Shown: piece after piece, positions 36,115 to 45,288 of the stretch
How the letters are laid out: each line of letters starts with the position of its first letter
Position numbering within the stretch: the first letter of the stretch is position 1
From: an uncultured Candidatus Binatia bacterium
Lineage (GTDB): Bacteria > Desulfobacterota > Binatia > UBA9968 > JAJDTQ01
Reading direction: 5' to 3'
Assembly: GCA_965214905.1 (NCBI GenBank)
Contig: OZ243984.1
Coordinates: 2,518,003-2,582,002, forward strand
DNA: 64,000 bases
Notes under the pieces: generated by a model
Database searches by the model: none
What the model saw: only the letters and a program-made list of their open reading frames with translations
Told to the model about the DNA's origin: nothing
Translations under genes and position numbers: made by a program

Positions 36115-37155
36115 ATGGAGAAATGGGTCACCAACCTGCTGAGCAGGCTGTTTCGACGGAGGCGACGGGCGGCAGTCACGGATCACGAACGGAATCGCGA
36201 ACTTGCCGGCAAGGCGCTGGATCGCCTCCGCGAGGGTCTCGCGCCCTTTGTTGCGCGTGAGCTGAAAGGTAAAAACGTAGACGACGGCTCCCCTTCGGCC
36301 GACAGGCGCTCCTCGTGGGCCGACAGGCCCGTGGCCGAGCGAGATACAGCGGGCCTGCTCAAGCTGATATGGGACAAGTGGCAATGGGTGTTTCGGAACA
36401 TCCTGGGACAGACGGAGCGCAGTTTGGTGTCGGAACTGCGCGACTGGCGCAACCGATGGGCGCATCAGGAAACTTTATCCAGCGACGATGCCTACCGGAT
36501 TCTGGACTCCGCGAGTCGCCTGCTGGCCGCGGTGTCGGCACCGCAGTCGGAAGACCTCGATAAGCTCAAGCAGGAGCTGTTACGTACCCGTTTCGACGAA
36601 CAGACCCGTGGGGAACGCCGCCAGCAGGTGCGGAATTCCACCAGCAGAGTGGGCGCCGCCATCAGGAGCCGGGTTCGACCCCTGGATGAATTCCGCATGT
36701 TCGTACCGCCCTGCGGTCGATCCTTCGACCACAACATGGAATATCGCCTCTACCACTGTCCGTCTACCTATAGCCATAAGCAGGATGCCGCGTTCCTCGG
36801 CATGTATATCGACAAATCGGTCCGGGGTATCGGGCGGATCGAACGTGGGTATGACCCGGTGAGCCGAACCGGCGCAGTGAAGGCAAGCCGCTGGAAAGCA
36901 GGTGCTTCGCCAGTGGCACGTTTCGCCGGCGGTATGGATGGAGTATATACCGTGAGATGTTCATCGAGCGTGTGGTCGCCTGCCTGCAGCGGGAAGGAGT
37001 GCGCTTCGCCATCGCCGGGGGTTACGCGGTGGCATTGCACGGAGCGGTGCGCGGCACGGTGGACGTCGATCTGGTGCTGGCCTTGTTCAGGAAGAACCTC
37101 GTTGCGGCGGAATCGGCGCTCAACCGCATGGGCCTGCGGTCGCGCCTGCCGCTGA
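36115..37155 (+). CDS. HEPN-domain protein (Swt1-like Rx4H motif: RNRWAH); 3' end uncertain (ORF overruns next gene start by about 200 nt)
   Basis: The N-terminal roughly 160 aa carry the Rx4HxxE-type HEPN signature (LRDWRNRWAHQE). The distal part of the ORF overlaps the following nucleotidyltransferase gene in another frame. Confidence 0.5.
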   Translation: MEKWVTNLLSRLFRRRRRAAVTDHERNRELAGKALDRLREGLAPFVARELKGKNVDDGSPSADRRSSWADRPVAERDTAGLLKLIWDKWQWVFRNILGQTERSLVSELRDWRNRWAHQETLSSDDAYRILDSASRLLAAVSAPQSEDLDKLKQELLRTRFDEQTRGERRQQVRNSTSRVGAAIRSRVRPLDEFRMFVPPCGRSFDHNMEYRLYHCPSTYSHKQDAAFLGMYIDKSVRGIGRIERGYDPVSRTGAVKASRWKAGASPVARFAGGMDGVYTVRCSSSVWSPACSGKECASPSPGVTRWHCTERCAARWTSIWCWPCSGRTSLRRNRRSTAWACGRACR

Positions 37156-37421
37156 AGGCGGAAGAGGTTTTCGACTTCCGGGAAGAATACATCCGCAACC
37201 GGAACCTCATCGCCTGGAGCTTCGTCAACCCGGCAGATCCCACGGAGCTCGTGGACATCGTACTCACCGAGGACTTGGTGGCCATGCAGGTGGACATGAT
37301 TTCGGCAGGAAGGCTGCGGCTGCCGGTGGTAGCAGTGCCCGACCTGATCCGCATGAAGGAAAAAAGCGCCCGGGCACAGGATATCGAGGACATCCAGGCA
37401 TTGAGGCGGATCGGCTCATGA
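36957..37421 (+). CDS. nucleotidyltransferase-fold protein (MNT-like partner of HEPN)
   Basis: The product reads …GVRFAIAGGYAVALHGAVRGTVDVDLVL…, a minimal nucleotidyltransferase G[GS]…D.D motif. Confidence 0.6.
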   Translation: MFIERVVACLQREGVRFAIAGGYAVALHGAVRGTVDVDLVLALFRKNLVAAESALNRMGLRSRLPLKAEEVFDFREEYIRNRNLIAWSFVNPADPTELVDIVLTEDLVAMQVDMISAGRLRLPVVAVPDLIRMKEKSARAQDIEDIQALRRIGS

Positions 37422-37714
37422 GACCTGTACAGTTCTTTTCGGACGAGTATCTCGATCAGTGCAGGCGGATGAAGCCGGCCGACGTCCTGCGGTTTCTCGA
37501 CGAGTTTCGCAGGCTTTACGCGCCCGCGCAGCGAATTGCCTTCAACGTCACCGGCCACCCGGCCCTCTCCCGGCTTTACGCGCCCGCGCGGCGAACGGAC
37601 GGCCGTCTCGTCAGCCTCGAGGTTCCCGAGGACCTGCCGGAGGCATTCAAGGCCGGGGCCCGCTTGCACGACGTGCGCTATCAGACCCGGATCAGACCCG
37701 GATCGAACGGTTGA
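37418..37714 (+). CDS. hypothetical protein (98 aa), start overlaps upstream stop (ATGA)
   Basis: It is translationally coupled to the nucleotidyltransferase gene. It contains an internal 26-nt direct repeat, gctttacgcgcccgcgcRgcgaa. Confidence 0.4.
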   Translation: MRPVQFFSDEYLDQCRRMKPADVLRFLDEFRRLYAPAQRIAFNVTGHPALSRLYAPARRTDGRLVSLEVPEDLPEAFKAGARLHDVRYQTRIRPGSNG

Positions 37715-37949
37715 TGACGGAGTGGCGGGTGGGACGTCCCACGGACACGGCTGCCGAGCTTCGCCGGCCCCTCGTCGCCGGCGAAGCTCGGGGAGCAGCG
37801 TGTAAGCACGGAGCTGTCGCCATGGACCTGCCCATTCTCGCCGAGCCGGTCGTCGTCGAAGGTCGGCGAAGCTCGGGGAGCCGTGTGCAGGGGCGGGTCT
37901 CGGGCCCGCTCCCGCCAGCACCGACCCCACCAACCGGTCAGGAGGATCA

Positions 37950-38705
37950 TTGATGCCCATATGGCAAGAGCTGAGCTGGCCCAGGATCAGGGAATGCGCC
38001 GGGAAGGGTTGCGTGGTGGTCATTCCCATAGGCGTCATCGAGCAGCACGGCCATCACCTGCCGCTGGATACCGACGCGTTCATCGCGCAGGAAATCGCTC
38101 GGGCAGCCGCCAGGCGGGATACGGAGATCCTGGTGGGGCCGACGGTGCCCTTCGGGTTCACCCCGAGCAACAAGAACTTCCCCGGCAGCATCAGCCTCAC
38201 CGCGGCCACCTGGTCGGCGCTCATCCGTGAGATCGTGCGTTCGGTGGCGCGGCACGGCTTCACCCGCATCGCCCTGTTCAACGGGCACGGAGGCCAGGTC
38301 TCGCTGTCGCGGGCGGTGGTGTCGGCCCTTCAGGACGAGGAGGGGATCCGCGTGGTGGTGCTGAACTGGTTCGGCTTGGTGGACAAGGACATGGACCGGC
38401 TGTTCCCGGACGAAAAGATGCCCGGCGGCCGCGTCGGCCACGCCGGCGCGGTGGAGACGTCCATGAACCTGCACCTGCGCGGCGAGTTGGCCTCCCAGGG
38501 CAGCCTGGTAACCCATCTCGGCCCGCAGATGCCGGACTTCGTCAGAAAAGTCGGGGGCTACGTTCAGACGCCGCGCGAGGACCTGTCGCCGTCGGGGGTG
38601 ATGGGCGACCCGAATCTCGCCAGTGCCGAGAAAGGCGGCGAGTTGTTCGGGCTATGCGTGGAACGGCTGTGCGCGTTCGCGCAGGAGTACCGCCGGGCCG
38701 AATAG
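37950..38705 (+). CDS. creatininase-family amidohydrolase
   Basis: The product reads …VVIPIGVIEQHGHHLPLDTD…, a creatininase metal-binding signature. Confidence 0.8.
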   Translation: MMPIWQELSWPRIRECAGKGCVVVIPIGVIEQHGHHLPLDTDAFIAQEIARAAARRDTEILVGPTVPFGFTPSNKNFPGSISLTAATWSALIREIVRSVARHGFTRIALFNGHGGQVSLSRAVVSALQDEEGIRVVVLNWFGLVDKDMDRLFPDEKMPGGRVGHAGAVETSMNLHLRGELASQGSLVTHLGPQMPDFVRKVGGYVQTPREDLSPSGVMGDPNLASAEKGGELFGLCVERLCAFAQEYRRAE

Positions 38706-38739
38706 ACGTGGGTGGCCGCCGCAGGCGGGAATGGTCGCC

Positions 38740-38797
38740 GCGCCCCTCACCCGGCCTTCGGCCACCCTCTCCCACAGGGAGAGGGGGTTGCTCGCGT
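38740..38797. repeat. dispersed REP-like palindromic element, copy E
   Basis: The sequence reads cgcgcccctcacccggccttcggccaccctctcccacagggagagggggttgc. Confidence 0.75.
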
Positions 38798-38890
38798 GCC
38801 TTTGCCGCAGCAGTGCCAGCAGAGCAATGCCAGCAGGCTCCCGGCCACGGCCTCGGGGTCCCGGAGAGGGTTCTGTCGGCGTGCTTCCGG

Positions 38891-39868
38891 TCAACGCAGC
38901 AGCGACCGGGCAGTGGCCTCGATACGCTCGGCGGTGGGCGTCACGTAATCCTCCAGCGGCGCCGCGAAGGGCACGGGCACGTGCGGGATGGCGACCCGCT
39001 TGATGGGCGCCTTCAGGCTGTCGAACGCCAGGTCCGCCATGAGCGCCGCCAGACCCGCGGCCACGCCGCAGTTGTCGTGGCTCTCGTCGGTGACCACCAG
39101 TCGGCCGGTCTTCCTCACCGAGGCCAGCAGGGTTTCGGTGTCCAACGGCTCCAGGGTCCTCGGGTCCACCACCTCCGCGGAGAGGCCGTCTCTGGCCAGG
39201 GCGTCGGCCGCCGCCAATGCCCGTGGCACCTGGACGCCGGCGGCGACGATGGTGACGTCGTTCCCCGGGCGCGCCACGGACGCCTTTCCGAACTCCGTTT
39301 CGCAGTCCCCGTCGGGCACCGGCCCGCGCTCGTTCAGCAGCCGCTCGTGGGCGAAGAAGATGGTCGGGTCCCGGCTCTTGAGGAGCGCGGTGCGGAGCAG
39401 CCCCTTGGCGTCCGCGGGAGTGGCGGGCATGGCCACCTGCAGGCCGGGCGTATTCCAGTACCAGGGCTGCGGGCTGCCCGAGTGCTGCACGCCCCCGCCC
39501 CCGCGGATGCCGTAGCGCATGAAGTAGGTGACCGGCACGTTGGTCCGGCCGCCGGAGTTCGAGTACGCCACCGCGGCCTCGTTGTTGATCTGCGGAATGG
39601 CCTCGTAGGAGAAGGTCGCGGTGCCGACGTCCACCAGCGGCCGCAACCCGGCCATGGCCGCTCCCGCGGCGATGCCGCAATAGCCCAGCTCGGCGATGGG
39701 AGGGGACTTGATGCGGCGGCCGTGCCGCTGGCGCACCGAGGCGAACCGCGCTCGGGCGGGACCCGAGCTCACCAGTCCGCCGCCGATCAATATCACCCGC
39801 CGGTCCTGCTCCATGGCCTCGGCCAATCCCTCGACCAGGGCCTCTCCCAGGGTCATCTCCTGCGGCAT
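38891..39868 (-). CDS. 2-oxoacid dehydrogenase E1 component beta subunit (transketolase-like)
   Basis: The 325-aa product has an E1-beta/transketolase C-terminal domain pattern. It overlaps the E1-alpha stop (ATGA). Confidence 0.8.
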   Translation of the reverse strand: MPQEMTLGEALVEGLAEAMEQDRRVILIGGGLVSSGPARARFASVRQRHGRRIKSPPIAELGYCGIAAGAAMAGLRPLVDVGTATFSYEAIPQINNEAAVAYSNSGGRTNVPVTYFMRYGIRGGGGVQHSGSPQPWYWNTPGLQVAMPATPADAKGLLRTALLKSRDPTIFFAHERLLNERGPVPDGDCETEFGKASVARPGNDVTIVAAGVQVPRALAAADALARDGLSAEVVDPRTLEPLDTETLLASVRKTGRLVVTDESHDNCGVAAGLAALMADLAFDSLKAPIKRVAIPHVPVPFAAPLEDYVTPTAERIEATARSLLR

Positions 39869-39871
39869 GGC

Positions 39872-40893
39872 TCAATCACCCCTTCCCGCGTAGGCATATC
39901 GGAGGGCCGCCTCGGGTGCGGGCAGCGGGCTGGTCAGCGCGAACCGCGCCGCCGCGTCGGCCTCCCGGCGTACCTCCTCGTCCAGCCGCACGATGGTGTC
40001 CCGGTCGCATCCCTCGCTGTCCGCCAGCTCCCGCGCGTAGGCCAGGATGCCGTCTCCCTCGGCGTACCAGGGGCGCACCTTCTCGGGAACGGGGCTGGGG
40101 TCCCAGGCCCAGTTGATGTCGGTGAGTCCGGCCACGAGCGTGGGGTGGTCGCCGTCGTTTCCCGGCCAGGGATGGGTGCGGGCCTCGACGAAGAACGGGC
40201 CTTCACCCGCGCGCGTCCGCCGCGCCAGCTCCAGGAGGGCGCCGTACACCTGGCCGACGTCGCCTCCGTCCACCGCGATGGTTTCCACGTTGAGGGCGCG
40301 AGGAATGTTGGTCAGGTCGTCGGCGCTGTGCCCGGTGTTGACCCTTCCGGCCCGCCGGTAGTTGTTCTCCATCAGGAAGATCAGCGGCAACTCCCACAGC
40401 CTGGCCATGTTGAGGCTTTCGTAGAACACGCCCTCATCCATGGCGCCGTCGCCGAAGAACACCACCGTGACGGCGTTGGTCTCCAGCAACCGGGCCGCCA
40501 AAGCGGCGCCCGAGGCCAGGGCCGTGCTGCCGCCGACGATGGCGGAGGTGTGCGGGATGTTCAGGTCCGGGGCCGCCACGTGGAACGTCCCGCCCCTTCC
40601 GAGGCAGTAGCCGGTCTCGCGTCCGATGATCTCCGCCAGCACCTTGCCGGGGTCGCCCCCCTTGGCGATGACGTGGCCGTGGTTTCGATGGGTGCTGAAG
40701 AGGTAATCTTCCGGCGCGAGCGCGGCGCAGACCCCGACCCCGGTGGCCTCCTGGCCGATATAGATGTGGAAGTGGCCGCGGACGAGGCCCTCGTGCTCTT
40801 CATTGAACCGGACCACGTGCTCTTCCGCCCGCCGGATCATGAGCATTTTCCGCAGCATCTCGAGCCGCTGATCTCGTGACATGTCGGGTAGCA
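39872..40893 (-). CDS. 2-oxoacid dehydrogenase E1 component alpha subunit (TPP-dependent)
   Basis: A TPP-binding region (GDGAMDEG…NN) is present. A GGAGG ribosome-binding site precedes the ATG at 40893. No E2 or E3 genes are nearby. Confidence 0.8.
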
Positions 40894-40932
40894 TCCTGCC
40901 TCCAATTCCCCCGGCTCCGCATCGCGCCGCGG

Positions 40933-41058
40933 TCATCGCAACCGCGGAAGAACCTCTTGGCGAGTCAGAATGACGACGGGCCGTTGCTTGTCGGGAGCCT
41001 TGAAGCGGTACTGCCATATCTCCCCGCCACGCAGCTCCGGCGTCAACTCTCCGGCCAT
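40933..41058 (-). pseudogene. truncated MazF/PemK-like toxin remnant (42 codons)
   Basis: The product reads MAGELTPELRGGEIWQYRFKAPDKQRPVVILTRQEVLPRLR, resembling a MazF/PemK N-terminus (GxIW…RPxVVL). It overlaps the antitoxin 3' end by 14 nt in another frame and then terminates. Confidence 0.4.
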
Positions 41059-41264
41059 ACGCCCTCGCCTGTCCATCCTTCGAGTTCGTCGCCTACCGCG
41101 GTAACGTCGCGGTACCTGCGGGCGATGTCTTCGGCGTCCTTGCGCTTCAGGTAGGCGGCGGCGGCCTCACGCAACACGGCAGACCGGCCTCGCTCCCGCA
41201 CCGCCGGATGTCGGTCGAGCTTGTCGAGCAGCTCCTCGTCGAAGGTGACCTGGACCGCTTTCAT
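41043..41264 (-). CDS. CopG/ribbon-helix-helix family antitoxin-like protein
   Basis: The 73-aa product begins MKAVQVTFDEELLDKLDRHPAVRERGRSAVLREAAAAYL…, matching the RHH fold pattern. Confidence 0.6.
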   Translation of the reverse strand: MKAVQVTFDEELLDKLDRHPAVRERGRSAVLREAAAAYLKRKDAEDIARRYRDVTAVGDELEGWTGEGVWPES

Positions 41265-41323
41265 GTACAGACATATATGGCATTCTCATCAACATAGCTA
41301 CATCGCATCCATCTCCGGACGGC

Positions 41324-42499
41324 TCAGGCGCCTGCGCCGTCGTCGAGGCGGAAGAACCCGACGGCGTTGCCGGCCACCATGCGGCGCCGCTCGTCGTCTG
41401 AGACGTCCTTCATCTGCGAGTCCAGCAACTCCATGGAGTGGGGCCAGCGGGTGACGATGTGCGGAAAATCGCTGCCCCACATCATCCGGTCGACGCCCAC
41501 TTCGTGGCGCAGACGGACCCCCACGTGGTCCTCGAAGAACCCCCAGTAGGCGTGCTCCCGGAGATACTCGCTGGGCAGCCGCTTCAACCGCGGCAGGCCC
41601 ATCTGCCGCTCCGCCCAGAACCGGTTGATGGAGTATTCGTGGTCCATCTGCTCGTAGAAGTACGGCAGCCAGCCGACGTTGTTCTCGGCCCAGTAGATGC
41701 GCAGCTTCGGGAACCGGTCGAATATCCCGGCCACCACCATCTGGCTGGCCTCCACCGATCCCGAGTGATACGGACCCTGCCGGGCGAGCCGCTGGACGAA
41801 GTCCGTGGGCGGGCGGCGCTCGCCCGGAGGCTCCCGGGGATACTGGAACAGCGGCGTTTCCCGGGCGCCGACCCGGGTCGGGAAGGAGGTGTGCACCACC
41901 AGCGGCACGTCGAGGTCCAGGGCCGCGGCCCAGAAGCGGTCGTCCTCCGCCGTGGGATGGCTCTTGCCGCTGGGGTAGGTGCTGAGCCACGCCGCCCTGA
42001 GCCCCAGGCGCTTGCAGTGCTCCATCTCGGCGATGTCGTCCTCGGCGCCGCGGTTGGGAAGGATGCCCACGCCGATCAACCGCTCCGGGTCCACGGCACA
42101 GTACTCCTCCGCCATGAACTGGTTGAAGTGGTGGATGATGCCGACGAAGGCATCCCGGTCGCGGATGGCGGGATTGCGGATCTCCAGGGCGAACAGCACT
42201 TCGGCGTCGATGCCGTCCTGATCCTGTTCGCGCAGCCGCTGCGCCGCCGAGCCGCACCCGGGCGTGTGGTCGAAGTCGATGACCGCGGGGTTGAACTCTT
42301 CCGGCGGGCGGCCGCCGTAGAAGCTGGTGCCGCCGTACACCAGGGGCCGGCCCTCCCGTTGCAGCGCGTCGTGCCCGTTGGGCAGGCGGATCCTTCTGGA
42401 GGCTCGGTCCCGGTACTTTGCGGGAATGCGATGGCGCCACAAGTCCGGCGGCGCCTCGAAATGGCTGTCCGCGGAAACGTGCCGGTAGGCTCTGGCCAT
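41324..42499 (-). CDS. amidohydrolase-2 (ACMSD-like) family protein
   Basis: Metal-ligand His/Asp motifs are present (HVSADSHF…, …WGSDFPH). The start is chosen at MARAYRH. Confidence 0.7.
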   Translation of the reverse strand: MARAYRHVSADSHFEAPPDLWRHRIPAKYRDRASRRIRLPNGHDALQREGRPLVYGGTSFYGGRPPEEFNPAVIDFDHTPGCGSAAQRLREQDQDGIDAEVLFALEIRNPAIRDRDAFVGIIHHFNQFMAEEYCAVDPERLIGVGILPNRGAEDDIAEMEHCKRLGLRAAWLSTYPSGKSHPTAEDDRFWAAALDLDVPLVVHTSFPTRVGARETPLFQYPREPPGERRPPTDFVQRLARQGPYHSGSVEASQMVVAGIFDRFPKLRIYWAENNVGWLPYFYEQMDHEYSINRFWAERQMGLPRLKRLPSEYLREHAYWGFFEDHVGVRLRHEVGVDRMMWGSDFPHIVTRWPHSMELLDSQMKDVSDDERRRMVAGNAVGFFRLDDGAGA

Positions 42500-42516
42500 G
42501 GCCGGGTCCTTGCGCG

Positions 42517-43362
42517 CTACGCGGATTCGGGGAGCGGCCAGTCGAGCCATTCGGCGATGGCCCGTCCCAGTATCCACTCCTTCTCGGTGGCGGTGAGGTT
42601 GTCCAGTTCCTCGGTGAACAGCGTCAGCGCCTGCCGGTAGGGACAGGGAAGGTGGGAAAGGTCGGTGCCCCAGAACACGCGTTGGGGTCCGAAGGCGTCC
42701 ACCACCCGGCGGACCTGCGGGTGGAGCGACGGGTAGGGGTAGCTCTCGGTGGAATAGCACGGCAGGGCCGAGGCCTTCACGACGACGTTCGGCAAGGCCG
42801 CCAGCTTGATCAGGCCGTCGATGATGGGTTCCAGCGGCTTGCCGATCAGGCTGGAGTTGAGCCCCATGTGATCGATGGCCAGCCGAAGACCGGGGTGGCG
42901 CGCGGCCACCTCGCCGAGCCGGGGCAGCGCGTGCGGCGCCAGCGCCATGACCGGGACGTCGTAGCGCTCCGCCGCCGCCCAGAACCAGTCGATGGCGCCG
43001 TCATCGAGCCATGTCCGGTAACGGCCGCGGTGGAACGTCAGGCGAATCCCCAACATGCCGGGTTGATCCTTCCACGAGGCCATGCGTTCCCGGCTTTCGG
43101 GCGCGTCGAGGGTCAGCCGCCCCATGACCGCGAACCGTTCCGGGTGGAGTCGGGCCGCCTCCAGGGAGGTGTCGTTCCGGTCGGCCTCCCAGGTGGGCGG
43201 CACCAGCACCGCGCGGGCAACGCCGGCGCCGTCCATCTCGCGCAGCAGTTCCTCATGCCCGAGCGGCTCGGGGCGGTGGGGCTTGGCGGCGTCCACCCGA
43301 TCCCAAGGCTTGTCGGGGGTCTCAGGCGCCCAGATGTGTACCTGGGAATCGATGATCTGCAT
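42517..43362 (-). CDS. amidohydrolase-2 family protein
   Basis: The product begins MQIIDSQVHIW… and ends …FWGTDLSH, matching the PF04909-like pattern. Confidence 0.75.
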   Translation of the reverse strand: MQIIDSQVHIWAPETPDKPWDRVDAAKPHRPEPLGHEELLREMDGAGVARAVLVPPTWEADRNDTSLEAARLHPERFAVMGRLTLDAPESRERMASWKDQPGMLGIRLTFHRGRYRTWLDDGAIDWFWAAAERYDVPVMALAPHALPRLGEVAARHPGLRLAIDHMGLNSSLIGKPLEPIIDGLIKLAALPNVVVKASALPCYSTESYPYPSLHPQVRRVVDAFGPQRVFWGTDLSHLPCPYRQALTLFTEELDNLTATEKEWILGRAIAEWLDWPLPESA

Positions 43363-43392
43363 GGCCGGGCGTATCCTTGCGGCGCACGGTCG

Positions 43393-44565
43393 TTACCGCG
43401 CCGCCTGCGGCTCGGCATCCCTGTAGGTCCACTGGAACTCGCGATCGCGGTAGACCTCGTCCGGCATCAGAGTGGTGAGCGCCCGCTTGTCCAGCTCGGC
43501 CTCGAAGCGCTCGCGAATCCACGGATCCTCGTCGGCGTACTCGATCTGGTCCCTGGCGCGGTCCTCGATCTTCTCGGCGTGGCCGCGGAACTGCCGGGGC
43601 GGATGGAGCGCCAGGTAGCGCGCGGGCGTGCCCCCGGCGTTGAAGTGCTGGTGAAACCACTTGCCGGGAGGAACGAACATGCTGGCCTCGTGCCACGGCG
43701 CCACCACCTTCTCCTTACCCTCCTCCCAGAGGATGGAGTAGCCTTCGCCGGCGGGAATGACGATGACCCGGCCCGGGCCGTGCCGGTGGGCCTTCTTGTA
43801 GGTTCGGGAGGGGAACACCGACATGTGGCAGGACATCTCGGAGTTGGGGAACGTCATGAGCACGCTGTGACCGCCCGCGCCTCTGCGGCTGCTGCGGTTG
43901 AGCTTGTTCCAGGAGCCCATGTCGGGGAAGAAATTGCCGTACCAGAAGATGCCGCTGCGGCCGCCCCAGGTTCTGGCGGGGTCGCCGTCGCGCACGAGCT
44001 TCGCCTCGGAGTAGAGCTGGCCGCCGTTGGACAGGAAATCCTCTCCCTCATGGTGGTTGTTGAAGAAGAACGACGGGTCGGTGTTGAGCGACATCGCCAG
44101 CGGCAGATAGCTGTAGCGCAGGAGCCGCACGGGCTGGTCGCCGCGCATGTTGCTCATGGTGTGATGATAGTTGTGCGGGATCTGGAACAGACTCCGGGGC
44201 TGCCATTCGAAGCTGTTCCTGCGACCGCTCTCGCCCGGCCACACCGTGGTCACGCCCTGGCCCTGCAGCACGTAGACCATCTCGTCGAGGGCGAACTTCA
44301 GCGGCGGGAGCGTCTCTCCGGGAGGGATCTCCTGCACCATGGCGGAGGTGACTCCTTCCTGTCCCACGAGCTGGATGAAGGCGCTCTCGCACCCGCGCTC
44401 CTCCCACCAGCCCAGCTCGACGGTGCGCAAGTCCTCGATGAAGTAGCCCCGATGGATCGGCACGCCGACGGAGGCCATCCAGTCATCGTAGGTGTATTCC
44501 TTGACCTCCAGCTCGGGAGCAACGGAATCGTCGGAACTCGTATCGGTCTGAACCTGCGTCATCAA
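43393..44565 (-). CDS. bicupin dioxygenase-like protein (gentisate 1,2-dioxygenase-like)
   Basis: The 390-aa product contains two cupin motifs (…HRHGPGRVIV…, …HNYHHT…). Confidence 0.55.
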   Translation of the reverse strand: MMTQVQTDTSSDDSVAPELEVKEYTYDDWMASVGVPIHRGYFIEDLRTVELGWWEERGCESAFIQLVGQEGVTSAMVQEIPPGETLPPLKFALDEMVYVLQGQGVTTVWPGESGRRNSFEWQPRSLFQIPHNYHHTMSNMRGDQPVRLLRYSYLPLAMSLNTDPSFFFNNHHEGEDFLSNGGQLYSEAKLVRDGDPARTWGGRSGIFWYGNFFPDMGSWNKLNRSSRRGAGGHSVLMTFPNSEMSCHMSVFPSRTYKKAHRHGPGRVIVIPAGEGYSILWEEGKEKVVAPWHEASMFVPPGKWFHQHFNAGGTPARYLALHPPRQFRGHAEKIEDRARDQIEYADEDPWIRERFEAELDKRALTTLMPDEVYRDREFQWTYRDAEPQAAR

Positions 44566-44668
44566 TCGCTTCTCCTTGGATAGTGACAGTCGTGCGGAGG
44601 GCGCTGCGCCCTTCCGTGAACCAATGGAGCGTCCGGTATGAACGCTCCTGTAGAACGCGGTGCGCGTG

Positions 44669-45094
44669 TTACGAGCCGGCCACCTCGTCGAACGACGGCT
44701 CGGGCATTCCGTCCTTCCACGTCGGGTCGCGAAGCTCGAGCCGGTTGCCGCTGGGATCCGAGAAATAGAGCTCCCGGCCCGGGAAATAGCCGCCCTTGCG
44801 GTAGTAGAGCTCCACCACCGGCACGTTCTTTTCCTTGAACACCTTGCAGGCCTCGTTCAGGGTCTCCGGGCTGACCGTGAAGGAATGATGGACGCGGTCG
44901 TCCTCCGCCTGCGTGGGGACTTCCCTGCGCTCGCACAGGAGGATATTGTGATCGCCCACGTTGAAGCACGCCATGACGTCGTTGGCGAGCCGGCCCAGCG
45001 ACTTGAGGCCGAGCAGGTCGCCGTAGAACTTCTCCGCCTCGCCCAAGTCGTTCACGGGAATCGACCAATGCGTAACCCCTTCAATCTTGAGCAT
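44669..45094 (-). CDS. VOC (glyoxalase/bleomycin resistance/dioxygenase) family protein
   Basis: The product begins MLKIEGVTHWSIPVNDLGEAEKFYGDLLGL… and ends …ELYFSDPSGNRLEL. Confidence 0.75.
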   Translation of the reverse strand: MLKIEGVTHWSIPVNDLGEAEKFYGDLLGLKSLGRLANDVMACFNVGDHNILLCERREVPTQAEDDRVHHSFTVSPETLNEACKVFKEKNVPVVELYYRKGGYFPGRELYFSDPSGNRLELRDPTWKDGMPEPSFDEVAGS

Positions 45095-45249
45095 GTGCCT
45101 GTCTCCTTTCCTGGTTGCCAAGGACTCTCGTGACCTGGACGAGATCAACCCTACCTGACCTCCTGCTCTCCGATCAAGGGCATTGCCTTTCCACGACGGC
45201 GTACCTACAATTCATCGGCCCGTAGAGCGAACCGGACGGAACGTGCCGA

Positions 45250-45280
45250 GTACATCCGAGTACATCCGAGTACATATCAG
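45250..45280. repeat. 10-bp tandem repeat x3 (ccgagtacat) immediately upstream of ubiD-like start
   Basis: The sequence reads gtgccgagtacatccgagtacatccgagtacatatcag. It ends 9 nt before the ATG at 45289. Confidence 0.6.
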
Positions 45281-45288
45281 GTGGAGCA

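Noticed and set aside
37153-37160. Read-through of the HEPN ORF into the nucleotidyltransferase gene as a genuine 346-aa protein.
   Set aside because: The distal roughly 65 codons are Cys/Trp/Arg-rich nonsense in the wrong frame of a well-supported gene. The real 3' end is more likely near 36950, or a frameshift has occurred.
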